Origin: Candidatus Hydrogenedentota bacterium
Lineage (GTDB): Bacteria > Hydrogenedentota > Hydrogenedentia > Hydrogenedentales > JAEUWI01
NCBI GenBank assembly: GCA_034669905.1
Contig: JAXMOL010000039.1
Location: forward strand, 15,354-79,353
Reading direction: 5' to 3'
DNA: 64,000 bases
Part shown: positions 1 through 9,096 of the stretch, one piece after another
Layout of the letters: each line of letters starts with the position of its first letter
Position numbering within the stretch: position 1 is the first letter of the stretch
Made by a program: the position numbers and the translations under genes
The notes under the pieces: model-generated
What the model saw: only the letters and a program-made list of their open reading frames with translations
Told to the model about the DNA's origin: nothing
Database searches by the model: none

Positions 1-2
1 AA

Positions 3-698
3 TCGAACACAGACCATTTCCGGAACCTGGAGGCCCTTTCGAAGGGGAGCTTCGGCCGCTATTGGACCCACAGTGATTCCCAGGAATTTGCGGCGACGGT
101 CCAGAAGATTCATGATATTAATCGCTCGGATTACGTGGTGAGTTTCCGCTCCTATGTCGACGTGGACGGTGGCCAGCATCCCTTTAAGATTGGCCTCGCC
201 TATCCGTCCAATACTGGACGCTTTATCTGGGAAGATGGCAACTTTGAAGCCATTGATTCACCGGCCCAATATATTCCCGAGACCCAGGCCAAGTACCAGG
301 CGACACAAGCATTGATTCCCGCGCTCGCCAACGCGTGCCCCTACGTAGGTTGCGCCCCTGCAGCCATGGCCGCGCCACCCGCCGCGGCACCTGCGCCTTC
401 AACAGCACCTGCGCCTTCAACAGCGCCGCCCGTCCCGGCAGAAGCGACTCCGGCCGCCGCGCCAGTGACGGAAACCGCAGATACGACTGCAAGTAAAGAG
501 GAAGAAGAAGAGAAATCCTTCCTGGAAGAAAATGGCGCCCTCCTGGGACTTGGGGCGGGTATACTTGCCTTGCTCATTGCCATTCTCAGCTGGGTCCGAG
601 GCGGAGGAGGCCCCAAGGGCGGCGGTGGCACGTCTCCCGGTGGCCGCCATTCGGCACCACGCCTGGGTTCTTCCTACGACGTTGATACCGAGCTCTAA
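3..698 (+). CDS. 5'-truncated membrane-anchored protein, probably VWA-domain, with Pro/Ala linker, C-terminal TM helix and Gly-rich cytoplasmic tail
   Basis: Frame is open from the window edge (SNTDHFRNLEALSKGSFGRYW...RSDYVVSFRS), resembling the C-terminal end of VWA domains; PAAAPAPSTAPAP linker; TM ALLGLGAGILALLIAILSWV. Confidence 0.6.
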   Translation, partial: SNTDHFRNLEALSKGSFGRYWTHSDSQEFAATVQKIHDINRSDYVVSFRSYVDVDGGQHPFKIGLAYPSNTGRFIWEDGNFEAIDSPAQYIPETQAKYQATQALIPALANACPYVGCAPAAMAAPPAAAPAPSTAPAPSTAPPVPAEATPAAAPVTETADTTASKEEEEEKSFLEENGALLGLGAGILALLIAILSWVRGGGGPKGGGGTSPGGRHSAPRLGSSYDVDTEL

Positions 699-767
699 GC
701 TGCGCATGGGGCGGGAGGGCGGAGGTGCCCTCTCGCCTGCGCGGTAGCCTGAATAATTGGGGATACC

Positions 768-3275
768 ATGTCGAAACGCAAGGCTGTTGCCTACCTTGAA
801 GCCTCCGACCCCTTATTGTTGCAGCCCCATTACCCGATCTTTGAAGGTGGGGTGAAGGTTGGTCGCGATTCCGATGTGTGTGAAATTATTCTCTCCCGGG
901 AGTTTGTCTCACGCCGTCACTGTGCCCTGCGTGCAGAAGACGACGGGGTGGTGGTTGAAGATCTGGAAACCACCAATGGCACCTTTGTAAATGGCGTTCA
1001 GGTACGCCGTCAGCGACTGAATCCCGGCGACCGCATTGGGCTGGGGAAGGCCTCGCCCCACCACTTCATCTTCACGTTAAGTGACGAGACGCCCAAGCGC
1101 AAATACGTCTTGCCGACCCAGAAGGTCTACCGTATCGGCCGTGCGCCTGAGTGCGACCTGCCCCTGTTACGGGACCCCACGGTTTCCAATCGCCACGCCC
1201 GTCTCTTGGTACGTGCCAATAAAATGACCATCGAAGACCTGGGGAGTTCCAGTGGTACCTTCGTCAACGGTCAGTGGGTGCGGGTTGCCGACATCAGTCC
1301 CGCCGACCAGGTACGTATCGGTACCACGGAACTGAATTTCCAGCAGGGCGTGGAAGGCATGCGGGTCACCGCCCAGACCCGGCAGAACCAGGTCCGTCTC
1401 GAAGCCCGGGACCTCGTGCGCACCCATGGGAAGCTCCAACTCCTGAAAAACATCAACCTGGTCATCGAGCCGGGCGAGTATGTCGGGGTGCTGGGGCCCA
1501 GTGGGGCCGGTAAATCGACCCTGCTCAACGCCCTCAATGGCTTTTACCCGGCGACGGGGGGGCAGGTCCTCATGAACGGCACCTCCCTCTACGATAGCTA
1601 CGACATGTATCGCAATGCCATCGGCTATGTGCCCCAGGATGACATTATCCACCGGGAATTATCTGTCGAGCGCTCGCTGGCGTACACGGCTCAGTTGCGC
1701 CTGCCCCGTGATACGGGACCGGAGCAGCTGGAAGAGCAGGTCACCAGCGTGATTGAGACGTTGGGCTTGAGTCACGTGCGCCAGAGTCCAGTGCTGAACC
1801 TGAGTGGTGGCCAGCGGAAGCGCGTCTCTATCGGCTGTGAATTGCTTACCAAGCCGAGTCTACTCTTCCTCGATGAGCCCACCTCGGGGCTAGATCCGAG
1901 CACGGAAGAAAAGCTCATGCGTCACTTCCGGCAGATGTCGGAGCAAGGGCAGTCGGTCATCCTCACGACCCACATTCTCTACAACCTCGACCTCCTCGAT
2001 ATGGTGATTCTCCTGTCCCGGGGGCGTCTGGTCTATTTTGGACCCACCTCCGAAGTCTGCCAGCATTTCGATAGCCCCAATCAGCGCGTTGAGCGGCCCA
2101 TTGATATCTTTGATCTCCTCGAGCCCGATACGACGGATCCCTCGGTGCGGGAAGAACGGGCTGAGCACTATGCGCGGGTTTATCAGGGTTCTCAATTGCA
2201 CAAGGAATACGTGGCCGGTCGTTCGACCAAACCTCCGAAATTTGATGTCGGGGTTCAGGTGAACGCCCGGGAGACCGTGGCCCCCGGAGAACGCCCCAAG
2301 TCACGCAGTGGATTCGGTAGGCGTACCCGCGGACTGCTGAAAGGGATGGCCAATGTGGGGCAGTTTATGGTGCTCACGCGCCGTACCCTGGACCAGAAGC
2401 TGGCCTTCCCCAAGCGGATGCTGATTCCCCTTTTGACGCCCCTGGTGCTGGCCATTTTGACGGCCACCCTGGAATTGGGGGACCAGCAGGCCCTGACCCA
2501 GGCCCAATTGGACTTTGAACAGGCCAATCCCCAGTTTCTGGGTATGCTGGACCAGCCTAATATGCCGGTCAGCCGGGAGGAGTTTATTGGTCTGCGATTT
2601 CAGGGCTTCGGGGGGCTGGCCATTCCGCTGGCCTTACCCCTGACGATGGTGATGACCGCCGTATTTCTCGGTACCCTGTCAGCCTGTCTGGAGATCTCAG
2701 GCGAACGTCCCATATACCTTCGGGAACGGGCTGTAAACCTGGGAATCGTCAATTATCTCGGCAGTAAACTACCCGCCCTGTTCCTCCTCTCTGTGGTACA
2801 ATGTTTTATGTATGTCGCCTGTGTGATGGCCGTGCTCCATCCACCAGGTGTGAATGTGTTAGGTGTTGTGCTTATCTGTATTGCGGTGGCCTGGGTCTCC
2901 TCGATCATCGGACTCTTTATCTCGAGTCTGGACCCGACACCCGGTCAAAACTCGGTGATGCTGGCCGTGATTGCCATGTTGCCCCAGATGCTCTTTTCCG
3001 GCGCGATGGCTCCGGCCTTCTTTGATGGTATGCATCCCGTGACCCAGGGCGTGGCCGCCATACTGCCCGCACGTTGGGGCTTTGAGTTGCTCCTGACGGT
3101 GCTTTACGAAGAACCGTCCTGGGCGCGAGACCTGATCACGGCCGCAAGCCCATCCGGGATGGGTTTTGGTTTTGGCACCGAGGTCATTAAGACCAACGGT
3201 GCGGCCCTGGTGGCCCTGGCCGCAGGATATTTTGTGGCGACCTGTGTAAGCCTGCGACGCTTTGACAAACTCTAG
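768..3275 (+). CDS. FHA-FHA-ABC ATPase-ABC2 permease fusion (Rv1747-like exporter)
   Basis: Two FHA motifs (GR..SRRH..NGT; GR..SNRH..SGT), Walker A GPSGAGKST, signature LSGGQ, Walker B LFLDEPT, C-terminal multi-TM domain. Confidence 0.93.
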   Translation: MSKRKAVAYLEASDPLLLQPHYPIFEGGVKVGRDSDVCEIILSREFVSRRHCALRAEDDGVVVEDLETTNGTFVNGVQVRRQRLNPGDRIGLGKASPHHFIFTLSDETPKRKYVLPTQKVYRIGRAPECDLPLLRDPTVSNRHARLLVRANKMTIEDLGSSSGTFVNGQWVRVADISPADQVRIGTTELNFQQGVEGMRVTAQTRQNQVRLEARDLVRTHGKLQLLKNINLVIEPGEYVGVLGPSGAGKSTLLNALNGFYPATGGQVLMNGTSLYDSYDMYRNAIGYVPQDDIIHRELSVERSLAYTAQLRLPRDTGPEQLEEQVTSVIETLGLSHVRQSPVLNLSGGQRKRVSIGCELLTKPSLLFLDEPTSGLDPSTEEKLMRHFRQMSEQGQSVILTTHILYNLDLLDMVILLSRGRLVYFGPTSEVCQHFDSPNQRVERPIDIFDLLEPDTTDPSVREERAEHYARVYQGSQLHKEYVAGRSTKPPKFDVGVQVNARETVAPGERPKSRSGFGRRTRGLLKGMANVGQFMVLTRRTLDQKLAFPKRMLIPLLTPLVLAILTATLELGDQQALTQAQLDFEQANPQFLGMLDQPNMPVSREEFIGLRFQGFGGLAIPLALPLTMVMTAVFLGTLSACLEISGERPIYLRERAVNLGIVNYLGSKLPALFLLSVVQCFMYVACVMAVLHPPGVNVLGVVLICIAVAWVSSIIGLFISSLDPTPGQNSVMLAVIAMLPQMLFSGAMAPAFFDGMHPVTQGVAAILPARWGFELLLTVLYEEPSWARDLITAASPSGMGFGFGTEVIKTNGAALVALAAGYFVATCVSLRRFDKL

Positions 3276-3312
3276 TTTTAACCATCCCGATGGGTAGCGC
3301 CCCGGGTGGTCG

Positions 3313-5079
3313 TTGAGCAAAAAAGGTGATGTGGTGGACGATCTGAATATAGCCGAGGAATTCATTGGTGACCGCTACCAGGTCGTGCAGCATCTGGGTG
3401 CGGGGGCTATGGGGAGTGTCTATCTCGCTTCCGATACCCAGCTCAACCGACAGGTCGCCCTGAAGGTACTCAAGGGCGAGTGGGTCAGCCGTCCTGAAGT
3501 GGCAAAGCGCCTGGAGATGGAATGCCAGCTCATGGCCCAGCTGGGTCCCCACAACAATATCGTCACCCTCTTTGATCGCATCAACCATGGGGACGCCGTC
3601 GTCCTGGTTATTGAGTATGTGGCCGGAGAGAATGTGGCCGACGTCCTGGATCGCGCCCGGGAAATGAATCGGGAAAAAGAGTCTTCCCGCAAGACGACCC
3701 CGGTGCTTGCCGGGGTGTCGACCATCGCTCTCACTCCGGAGGACGCCATCGATATTACCCTCCAGTGTCTGAGCGGTCTTGATTTCGCCCACAGCCGGGG
3801 CGTTATTCATCGGGATATCAAACCCGCCAACATCATGGTTTCTCACGACCACAACGGCAACATCGTAGCCAAGATTACCGACTTCGGTATTGGCAAGGCC
3901 ATCGCCGGGCTCGATGGGGAAACGGCACCAGCCATGACGGCCCTGACCCGTGCGGGTGGGCCTGGACCGGGTACGCCCGCCTATATGGCACCGGAACAAA
4001 TTGACCAGGCAAGATTTGGTGAGGTGGGGCCCGCAGCCGATCTCTACGCGCTGGGCGTATCCCTCTATGAAATGCTTTCTCTCGGGTTACCGTTTCACGG
4101 GACCTACACCGAACTGCTCCACCTCCATACCAACGTGGAAGCACCGGATTTACGAAAGACCATCCCGGGCCTGAGTCCCGCCCTGGCGGCCGTGGTGCGC
4201 AAGAGTCTGGCCAAGGAGCAAAAGGATCGCTACGAGTCGGCCCATCGCTTTCGCCTCGAACTGGCCGCCGCAACCCGGGATGCGATGCCCGCGTGGTCAC
4301 CGGATACGGGAGGGCATGGCCGCTCTAAGACGCCGTTGATTTTTGGTGCGGTTGCGGCAGTGGCCCTTTCAGCCGGTGGTTACTTTTATCTTATGGGCTC
4401 CGATACGCCCAAGAGCGAGGAGCCTGTGGTTGCAGAACCCGTGGCTGCGGAGGTCGAGGCGCCGGTAGCGCCCGTAGCGCCGCCCCTTACTACATCCACA
4501 CCCGATTCGCCGGAGATACCGGTGGCGGCCACGGTCACACCCACGCCGGCGACGGACGGTGCGGTTCCGCCAGCGATGCCCGCAGCGACAACGCCCGCGA
4601 CGCCTTCCCCCCAGGTGACACCGCCAACTCCAACTCCGGCGGCTCCCGTGGCCCAGCCCGGGGCGTCGGTGATTGCCGCGAAGAACAGCGCCGAGGCGGC
4701 ACGGGCCACGGCGGTGCAACGATTCGATGGGAAGACCCCGAGCGACAACGCTGATTTTTCCCAGGGACAGGAATGGTTGGCGAAGGCCCAGGCCGCAGAA
4801 ACAGCGGGGGACTACGACGCGGCACGGAGCTATTTGCTCCAGGCGACCCAGCGATTTGACGGTGCGAAACCGGCTCCTGCCGCTCCCGCCCCCAAGGTCG
4901 TGGCCGTTAAGCCGGCCCCCAAACCCGCGCCTAAGCCCAAACCAGCACCCGCACCGGAGCCTGAGCCAGCGCCTGTGGTAAAAGCGCCCGATCCTGCGCC
5001 AGAACCCGATCCACCTGCGCCCTCCAGTGGGGGGGGATTCCGGGCGGGGAAGAGTAAAGTAACCCATACCAATCCGTAG
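3313..5079 (+). CDS. Hanks-type Ser/Thr protein kinase with TM helix and Pro/Ala-rich extracytoplasmic region
   Basis: LGAGAMGSVY, VALKVL, HRDIKPANI, DFG, GTPAYMAPE, DLYALG; TM LIFGAVAAVALSAGGYFYL. Confidence 0.95.
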   Translation: MSKKGDVVDDLNIAEEFIGDRYQVVQHLGAGAMGSVYLASDTQLNRQVALKVLKGEWVSRPEVAKRLEMECQLMAQLGPHNNIVTLFDRINHGDAVVLVIEYVAGENVADVLDRAREMNREKESSRKTTPVLAGVSTIALTPEDAIDITLQCLSGLDFAHSRGVIHRDIKPANIMVSHDHNGNIVAKITDFGIGKAIAGLDGETAPAMTALTRAGGPGPGTPAYMAPEQIDQARFGEVGPAADLYALGVSLYEMLSLGLPFHGTYTELLHLHTNVEAPDLRKTIPGLSPALAAVVRKSLAKEQKDRYESAHRFRLELAAATRDAMPAWSPDTGGHGRSKTPLIFGAVAAVALSAGGYFYLMGSDTPKSEEPVVAEPVAAEVEAPVAPVAPPLTTSTPDSPEIPVAATVTPTPATDGAVPPAMPAATTPATPSPQVTPPTPTPAAPVAQPGASVIAAKNSAEAARATAVQRFDGKTPSDNADFSQGQEWLAKAQAAETAGDYDAARSYLLQATQRFDGAKPAPAAPAPKVVAVKPAPKPAPKPKPAPAPEPEPAPVVKAPDPAPEPDPPAPSSGGGFRAGKSKVTHTNP

Positions 5080-5147
5080 TGCAGCAAAGAGGAAAATTTC
5101 GGTGCCCCAGGGCATATGGATGAAAACCAAGTGAGAAGGATAGGACC

Positions 5148-5804
5148 ATGAAAAGAAAATCGATAGCGGGTGTGTTAATTGTGTCATTGGTGGCCACGGG
5201 CATCTTGACTGGCTGTGAAACGACCGGACAGTCCGCGGGGCTCGGCGCGGTCATTGGTGGTGCGGCTGGTTATGCCATTGGCGGCGAAAAGGGCGCCCTT
5301 ATCGGTGCGGCAGTCGGCGCTGGTGCGGGCTTTGTCATCCACAAGGCGAAAGAGCGCCGGGTTAAGAATGCCGAGGAAACCGCCACCGAATATAAGTATG
5401 AGCCCAGTGAGGGACTCAAGGCGGATTTGCGCCCGGCCACGTCGGCTTCGCCCAGCACGGTACCCCAGGGTTCCACCGCGAATGCCGAGCTGGAATACTA
5501 CATTCTCGGTGCGGGAGATGATGGCACCGCCGTCCATGAGAAACAGATTATTATCCAGGATGGTACCGAGCTCGTTACCCTCCGCGATCAATCGGTTTCC
5601 CGGGTAGACGGCACATGGAATGTTTCCACGCCCATCGAAGTCGATTCTTCGGTCGCGCCGGGAAACTATGACTTGGTCCAGACCATTTCGGTGGCGGGGA
5701 ACAACATGTCCACCCGCACGCCCCTGACGGTGACGACCAAGACGGCCATGGCCGACAGTCGTGTCATTTTCGGACAGCCGGAGCCTTATACGATTTCCCG
5801 CTGA
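5148..5804 (+). CDS. Lipoprotein with glycine-zipper motif
   Basis: Lipobox LTGC; GLGAVIGGAAGYAIGG..GALIGAAVGAGAG; RBS AGGA upstream. Confidence 0.8.
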   Translation: MKRKSIAGVLIVSLVATGILTGCETTGQSAGLGAVIGGAAGYAIGGEKGALIGAAVGAGAGFVIHKAKERRVKNAEETATEYKYEPSEGLKADLRPATSASPSTVPQGSTANAELEYYILGAGDDGTAVHEKQIIIQDGTELVTLRDQSVSRVDGTWNVSTPIEVDSSVAPGNYDLVQTISVAGNNMSTRTPLTVTTKTAMADSRVIFGQPEPYTISR

Positions 5805-5837
5805 TCCGCGACGGACTTAGAACAGGTGATAAAGTTT

Positions 5838-5865
5838 CGCCGGAGGTCGATCTAGACCTCCGGCG
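5838..5865 (+). terminator. Stem-loop, probable terminator of the kinase operon
   Basis: CGCCGGAGGTC-gatcta-GACCTCCGGCG perfect 11-bp stem followed by tcgttt. Confidence 0.65.
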
Positions 5866-5944
5866 TCGTTTATGCTGCTCTTCCCTGCGAAATGACTCGC
5901 GGGAGGGCGGTGAATCGAGTGAACTTCAGAAAGGGTTATCTGTA

Positions 5945-7150
5945 ATGGCGTGGAATCAGTTCGGTGTACGTGGAAACTGGCAGGCAATCATCCCGGGGTT
6001 GTTAACCCTCTTGGTGGCAACGACGGCCCCGGCGGCGGATTATCCCCATCCGAAGGACCACCCCGAATCCACCTTGATGTTGACGGGGAAGTGGGTGCCG
6101 GAGAATACCCACGACATCGATTTCGATCTGCTGCCCCGCATTCCTTCGAAGCACACCGTGGTGAATGATGCGCGCCCTCATGATGGTGTGAATCAGCACA
6201 ACTATCTCGCCTTTTACGACGGCCAGTATTGGGCCATGTGGAGTGACGGTCCCCGTGTCGAGGACATGGCCGGTCAGCGGGTGAAGTACGCCACGAGTCC
6301 GGACGGCCTGGACTGGAGTGACGCCCAATTCCTTACGCCCATACCGCCCAATTCCGGGCCCGATTCGCCGGTCTACAATACGCGCTCCAAAGAGGGCTTT
6401 CGCTGGATTTCCCGGGGACTTTGGGTGCGAGACGGAAAACTGATTGCCCTGGCCTCCCTGGATGAGTCGGCGGGGTTCTTTGGGCCGAGCCTCGCCCTTC
6501 ACGCCTTTCAATACAATGGTGAGACCAAGGCATGGGACAGTCTTGGTGTGGTCTATGACAATGCCATTAACAACTTTGCGCCCAAGAAGATCCCGACTGG
6601 GGAGTGGATGATGACCCGCCGCACCTTCGACCGCCATGTCTCTTTTCTGGTCGGCGGTACGGAAGCCATCGATCAGTGGGAATCCTTTGAAGCGGTCTCC
6701 TACAGCGATTCCCGGTTGCTCGCCGAGGAGCCCTATTGGTGGGTGCTGCCCGACAAGAATCTGTTGGCCCTCTTCCGCGATAACAAGCGGAGTGGCTATC
6801 TGTTTCGTGCCTTCTCCACCGACAACGGACGCACCTGGAGTGACCCGGTGAAGACCAACTTCCCGGATGCTACGTCCAAATTTAACGGACTCCAGATGAG
6901 CGACGGACGTTATGTCCTGGTGTCCAATGCCAATCACGAAAAGCGCGACCCCCTCGTGCTTTCCATCAGCGACGACGGTATGGTCTTTAATAAGATGGGT
7001 TATCTTACGGGTGGCCGATGGATCGACTATCCCCACGTCATCGAACACGATGGCCACCTCCTCGTCGCCTTCGCCGGCTCCCGGAAACAGACCTGTGAAG
7101 TCTTGAAAATCCGCATCGCCGATCTGAGTGTGTTGGACGTGCAGGAGTAA
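5945..7150 (+). CDS. Secreted BNR/Asp-box (sialidase-like) beta-propeller protein
   Basis: Signal peptide; Asp-boxes TSPDGLDW, STDNGRTW, ISDDGMVF; terminal YPHVIEHDG motif. Confidence 0.8.
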   Translation: MAWNQFGVRGNWQAIIPGLLTLLVATTAPAADYPHPKDHPESTLMLTGKWVPENTHDIDFDLLPRIPSKHTVVNDARPHDGVNQHNYLAFYDGQYWAMWSDGPRVEDMAGQRVKYATSPDGLDWSDAQFLTPIPPNSGPDSPVYNTRSKEGFRWISRGLWVRDGKLIALASLDESAGFFGPSLALHAFQYNGETKAWDSLGVVYDNAINNFAPKKIPTGEWMMTRRTFDRHVSFLVGGTEAIDQWESFEAVSYSDSRLLAEEPYWWVLPDKNLLALFRDNKRSGYLFRAFSTDNGRTWSDPVKTNFPDATSKFNGLQMSDGRYVLVSNANHEKRDPLVLSISDDGMVFNKMGYLTGGRWIDYPHVIEHDGHLLVAFAGSRKQTCEVLKIRIADLSVLDVQE

Positions 7151-7157
7151 AGAAATG

Positions 7158-7354
7158 TGAAGTTTGAAGGGTGAAGGGTGAAGGGTGAAGGGTGAAGGGT
7201 GAAGGGTGAAGTCTTTGGCTCTAAATCCTCCACGCTTTCTATAAAACGCTTTCGTGCGCAGCTATTGCGAGGATACACCACCAGCCGAATTTCGCTGACC
7301 TCATCTTTCAAACTTCACGCTTCACGCTTCACGCTTCACCCATCACCCTTCAAA
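7158..7354. repeat. Two oppositely oriented heptamer tandem arrays
   Basis: (TGAAGGG)x6 at 7165-7206 with flanking variants; complementary CTTCACG/CTTCACC array at 7306-7354. Confidence 0.9.
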
Positions 7355-7370
7355 ACCGGAATGCCAATAG

Positions 7371-8966
7371 ATGCAGCATCTCCCATTCTTAATTCACCAT
7401 TCCCTATTCGCCAGTCCTGCCACGCCGGCGATTCGTCCCCTCGATATTGCGGCGGTGGTCGTTTATCTGGCGGTGATGGTGGGGGCGGGGCTCTATTTTG
7501 CACGGAAGAACACCAGCACGGAAGCCTATTTCGTCGGCAATCGTAGTTTTCCGGGCTGGGTGCTGGGGCTCTCCATGCTGGGCACCATCATCAGTTCCGG
7601 CACCTTTCTCGCCCTGCCCGCGGCCGCCTACGTGTTGGATTGGCGCCAGTTGAGTGTGAACCTCGTGCTGCCCTTTGTGGCCGTACTCGCGGTCGTGCTC
7701 TTCATTCCCTTTTTTCGTCGGGGCAAGCTTACGACCGCCTTTGAGTATCTCGGGCGGCGCTATGGCACCGTGCCCCGAATCTACGGCACCGTGAGCTTCA
7801 TCCTGTTGCAACTTATCCGTATGGCCCAGATACTCTTTCTGGTGAGCTTACCCATCCAGTTCCTCACCGGCGCGCCCATCACCCTGGTCATTGTGGTGAG
7901 TGGCGTTTTTATCGCCTTTTACACCATTGCCGGGGGGATAGAGGCCGTGGTCTGGACCGATGTGATTCAGGCCCTCATCCTCATGGTAGGGGGGATGTTC
8001 TGCTTCATCGCCGTGGCCCTCGATTTGCCTGGTGGGCTGGGGGAAATCATAGCCACCGGCGCCGCCAACGACAAATTCAGCCTGGGCAGTTTTGATTGGA
8101 ACCTCAATGAGCGCACCTTCTGGACCGTGCTTATCCTCGGCGTTATCAACTGGCTGGCCATCTACTCCGGCGACCAGAATATGGTGCAGCGCTATGCCGC
8201 CGCCAAATCAACCCGGGAAGCCCGCAAGGCCACCTTGCTCTACTCCGCCATCGCACTGCCGCTCTGGATTATGTTCTTCTTCGTCGGCACCAGCCTCTAC
8301 GTTTACTACCAGGCCTTTCCCGACCCCGCGACTACCGATATGGCCGCCGACCAGGTCTTGCCCTACTTCATCCTGACCAAGATTCCGGCCGGGGTCGCCG
8401 GCATCGTCATCGCCGCCGTGATGGCTGCCGCCATGAGTTCCCTGGACTCGGGGATCAATGCGATTTCGACCGTGTCGGTGGTGGACCTGATGAAGCCCTA
8501 TCTCGCGAAGGGGCGGAGCGATGGCTATTACCTCATGGCCGCACGGCTCATCGCCACCGTGACGACGACGTTGGTGGTGTTGGGGGCGATAATCTTCAGC
8601 AACCTCGAAAAAGAGAGCATGAACGACCTCAGCCTCATCGTGACCAGCGTCTTTGGCGGGTGCTTGATGGGCCTTTTTCTGTTGGGATTCTTCACGACCC
8701 GTGTCGATGGCAGGGCCGCGATTGGTGCCATGGTCTTGGCCATTTCCTTCAACATCTACCTGGGCATGGGGCTCGCCGGTCTCTTGCCCGAGGCCATCAC
8801 CTTTCCCGCCCACAGCTATTGGACCGGCGCCCTGGTGAACGGCGTGTTTCTGGTTGCGGCCTACGCCATTGGATGCCTGCGGGGTAATCGCAGCGATTTG
8901 ACGGGGCTCACCGTGTGGACCATGGGGAGCAAGGGCTCGGGTGGCCTGTCTCAGGAAGAGCAGTAG
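7371..8966 (+). CDS. Sodium:solute symporter (SSS family)
   Basis: YFVGNRS, YTIAGGIEAVVWTDVIQ, DQNMVQRY, AAAMSSLDSGINA motifs; about 13 TM helices. Confidence 0.93.
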   Translation: MQHLPFLIHHSLFASPATPAIRPLDIAAVVVYLAVMVGAGLYFARKNTSTEAYFVGNRSFPGWVLGLSMLGTIISSGTFLALPAAAYVLDWRQLSVNLVLPFVAVLAVVLFIPFFRRGKLTTAFEYLGRRYGTVPRIYGTVSFILLQLIRMAQILFLVSLPIQFLTGAPITLVIVVSGVFIAFYTIAGGIEAVVWTDVIQALILMVGGMFCFIAVALDLPGGLGEIIATGAANDKFSLGSFDWNLNERTFWTVLILGVINWLAIYSGDQNMVQRYAAAKSTREARKATLLYSAIALPLWIMFFFVGTSLYVYYQAFPDPATTDMAADQVLPYFILTKIPAGVAGIVIAAVMAAAMSSLDSGINAISTVSVVDLMKPYLAKGRSDGYYLMAARLIATVTTTLVVLGAIIFSNLEKESMNDLSLIVTSVFGGCLMGLFLLGFFTTRVDGRAAIGAMVLAISFNIYLGMGLAGLLPEAITFPAHSYWTGALVNGVFLVAAYAIGCLRGNRSDLTGLTVWTMGSKGSGGLSQEEQ

Positions 8967-9096
8967 CGGCCTCGCGTCGGGAGAAGTCTGTTGCATGGCC
9001 ATCGTCTCGTCACAGGTACGATATTCATAGACCTTCGAGGTAATGCCGTGCTACAATTCCGCGCTTCAAATTCCGCCCTAACCCCGAGGTAATGCC

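Noticed and set aside
4420..5030. Pro/Ala-rich quasi-repeats in the kinase (also 360-480)
   Set aside because: Ordinary low-complexity protein linkers, not DNA-level elements
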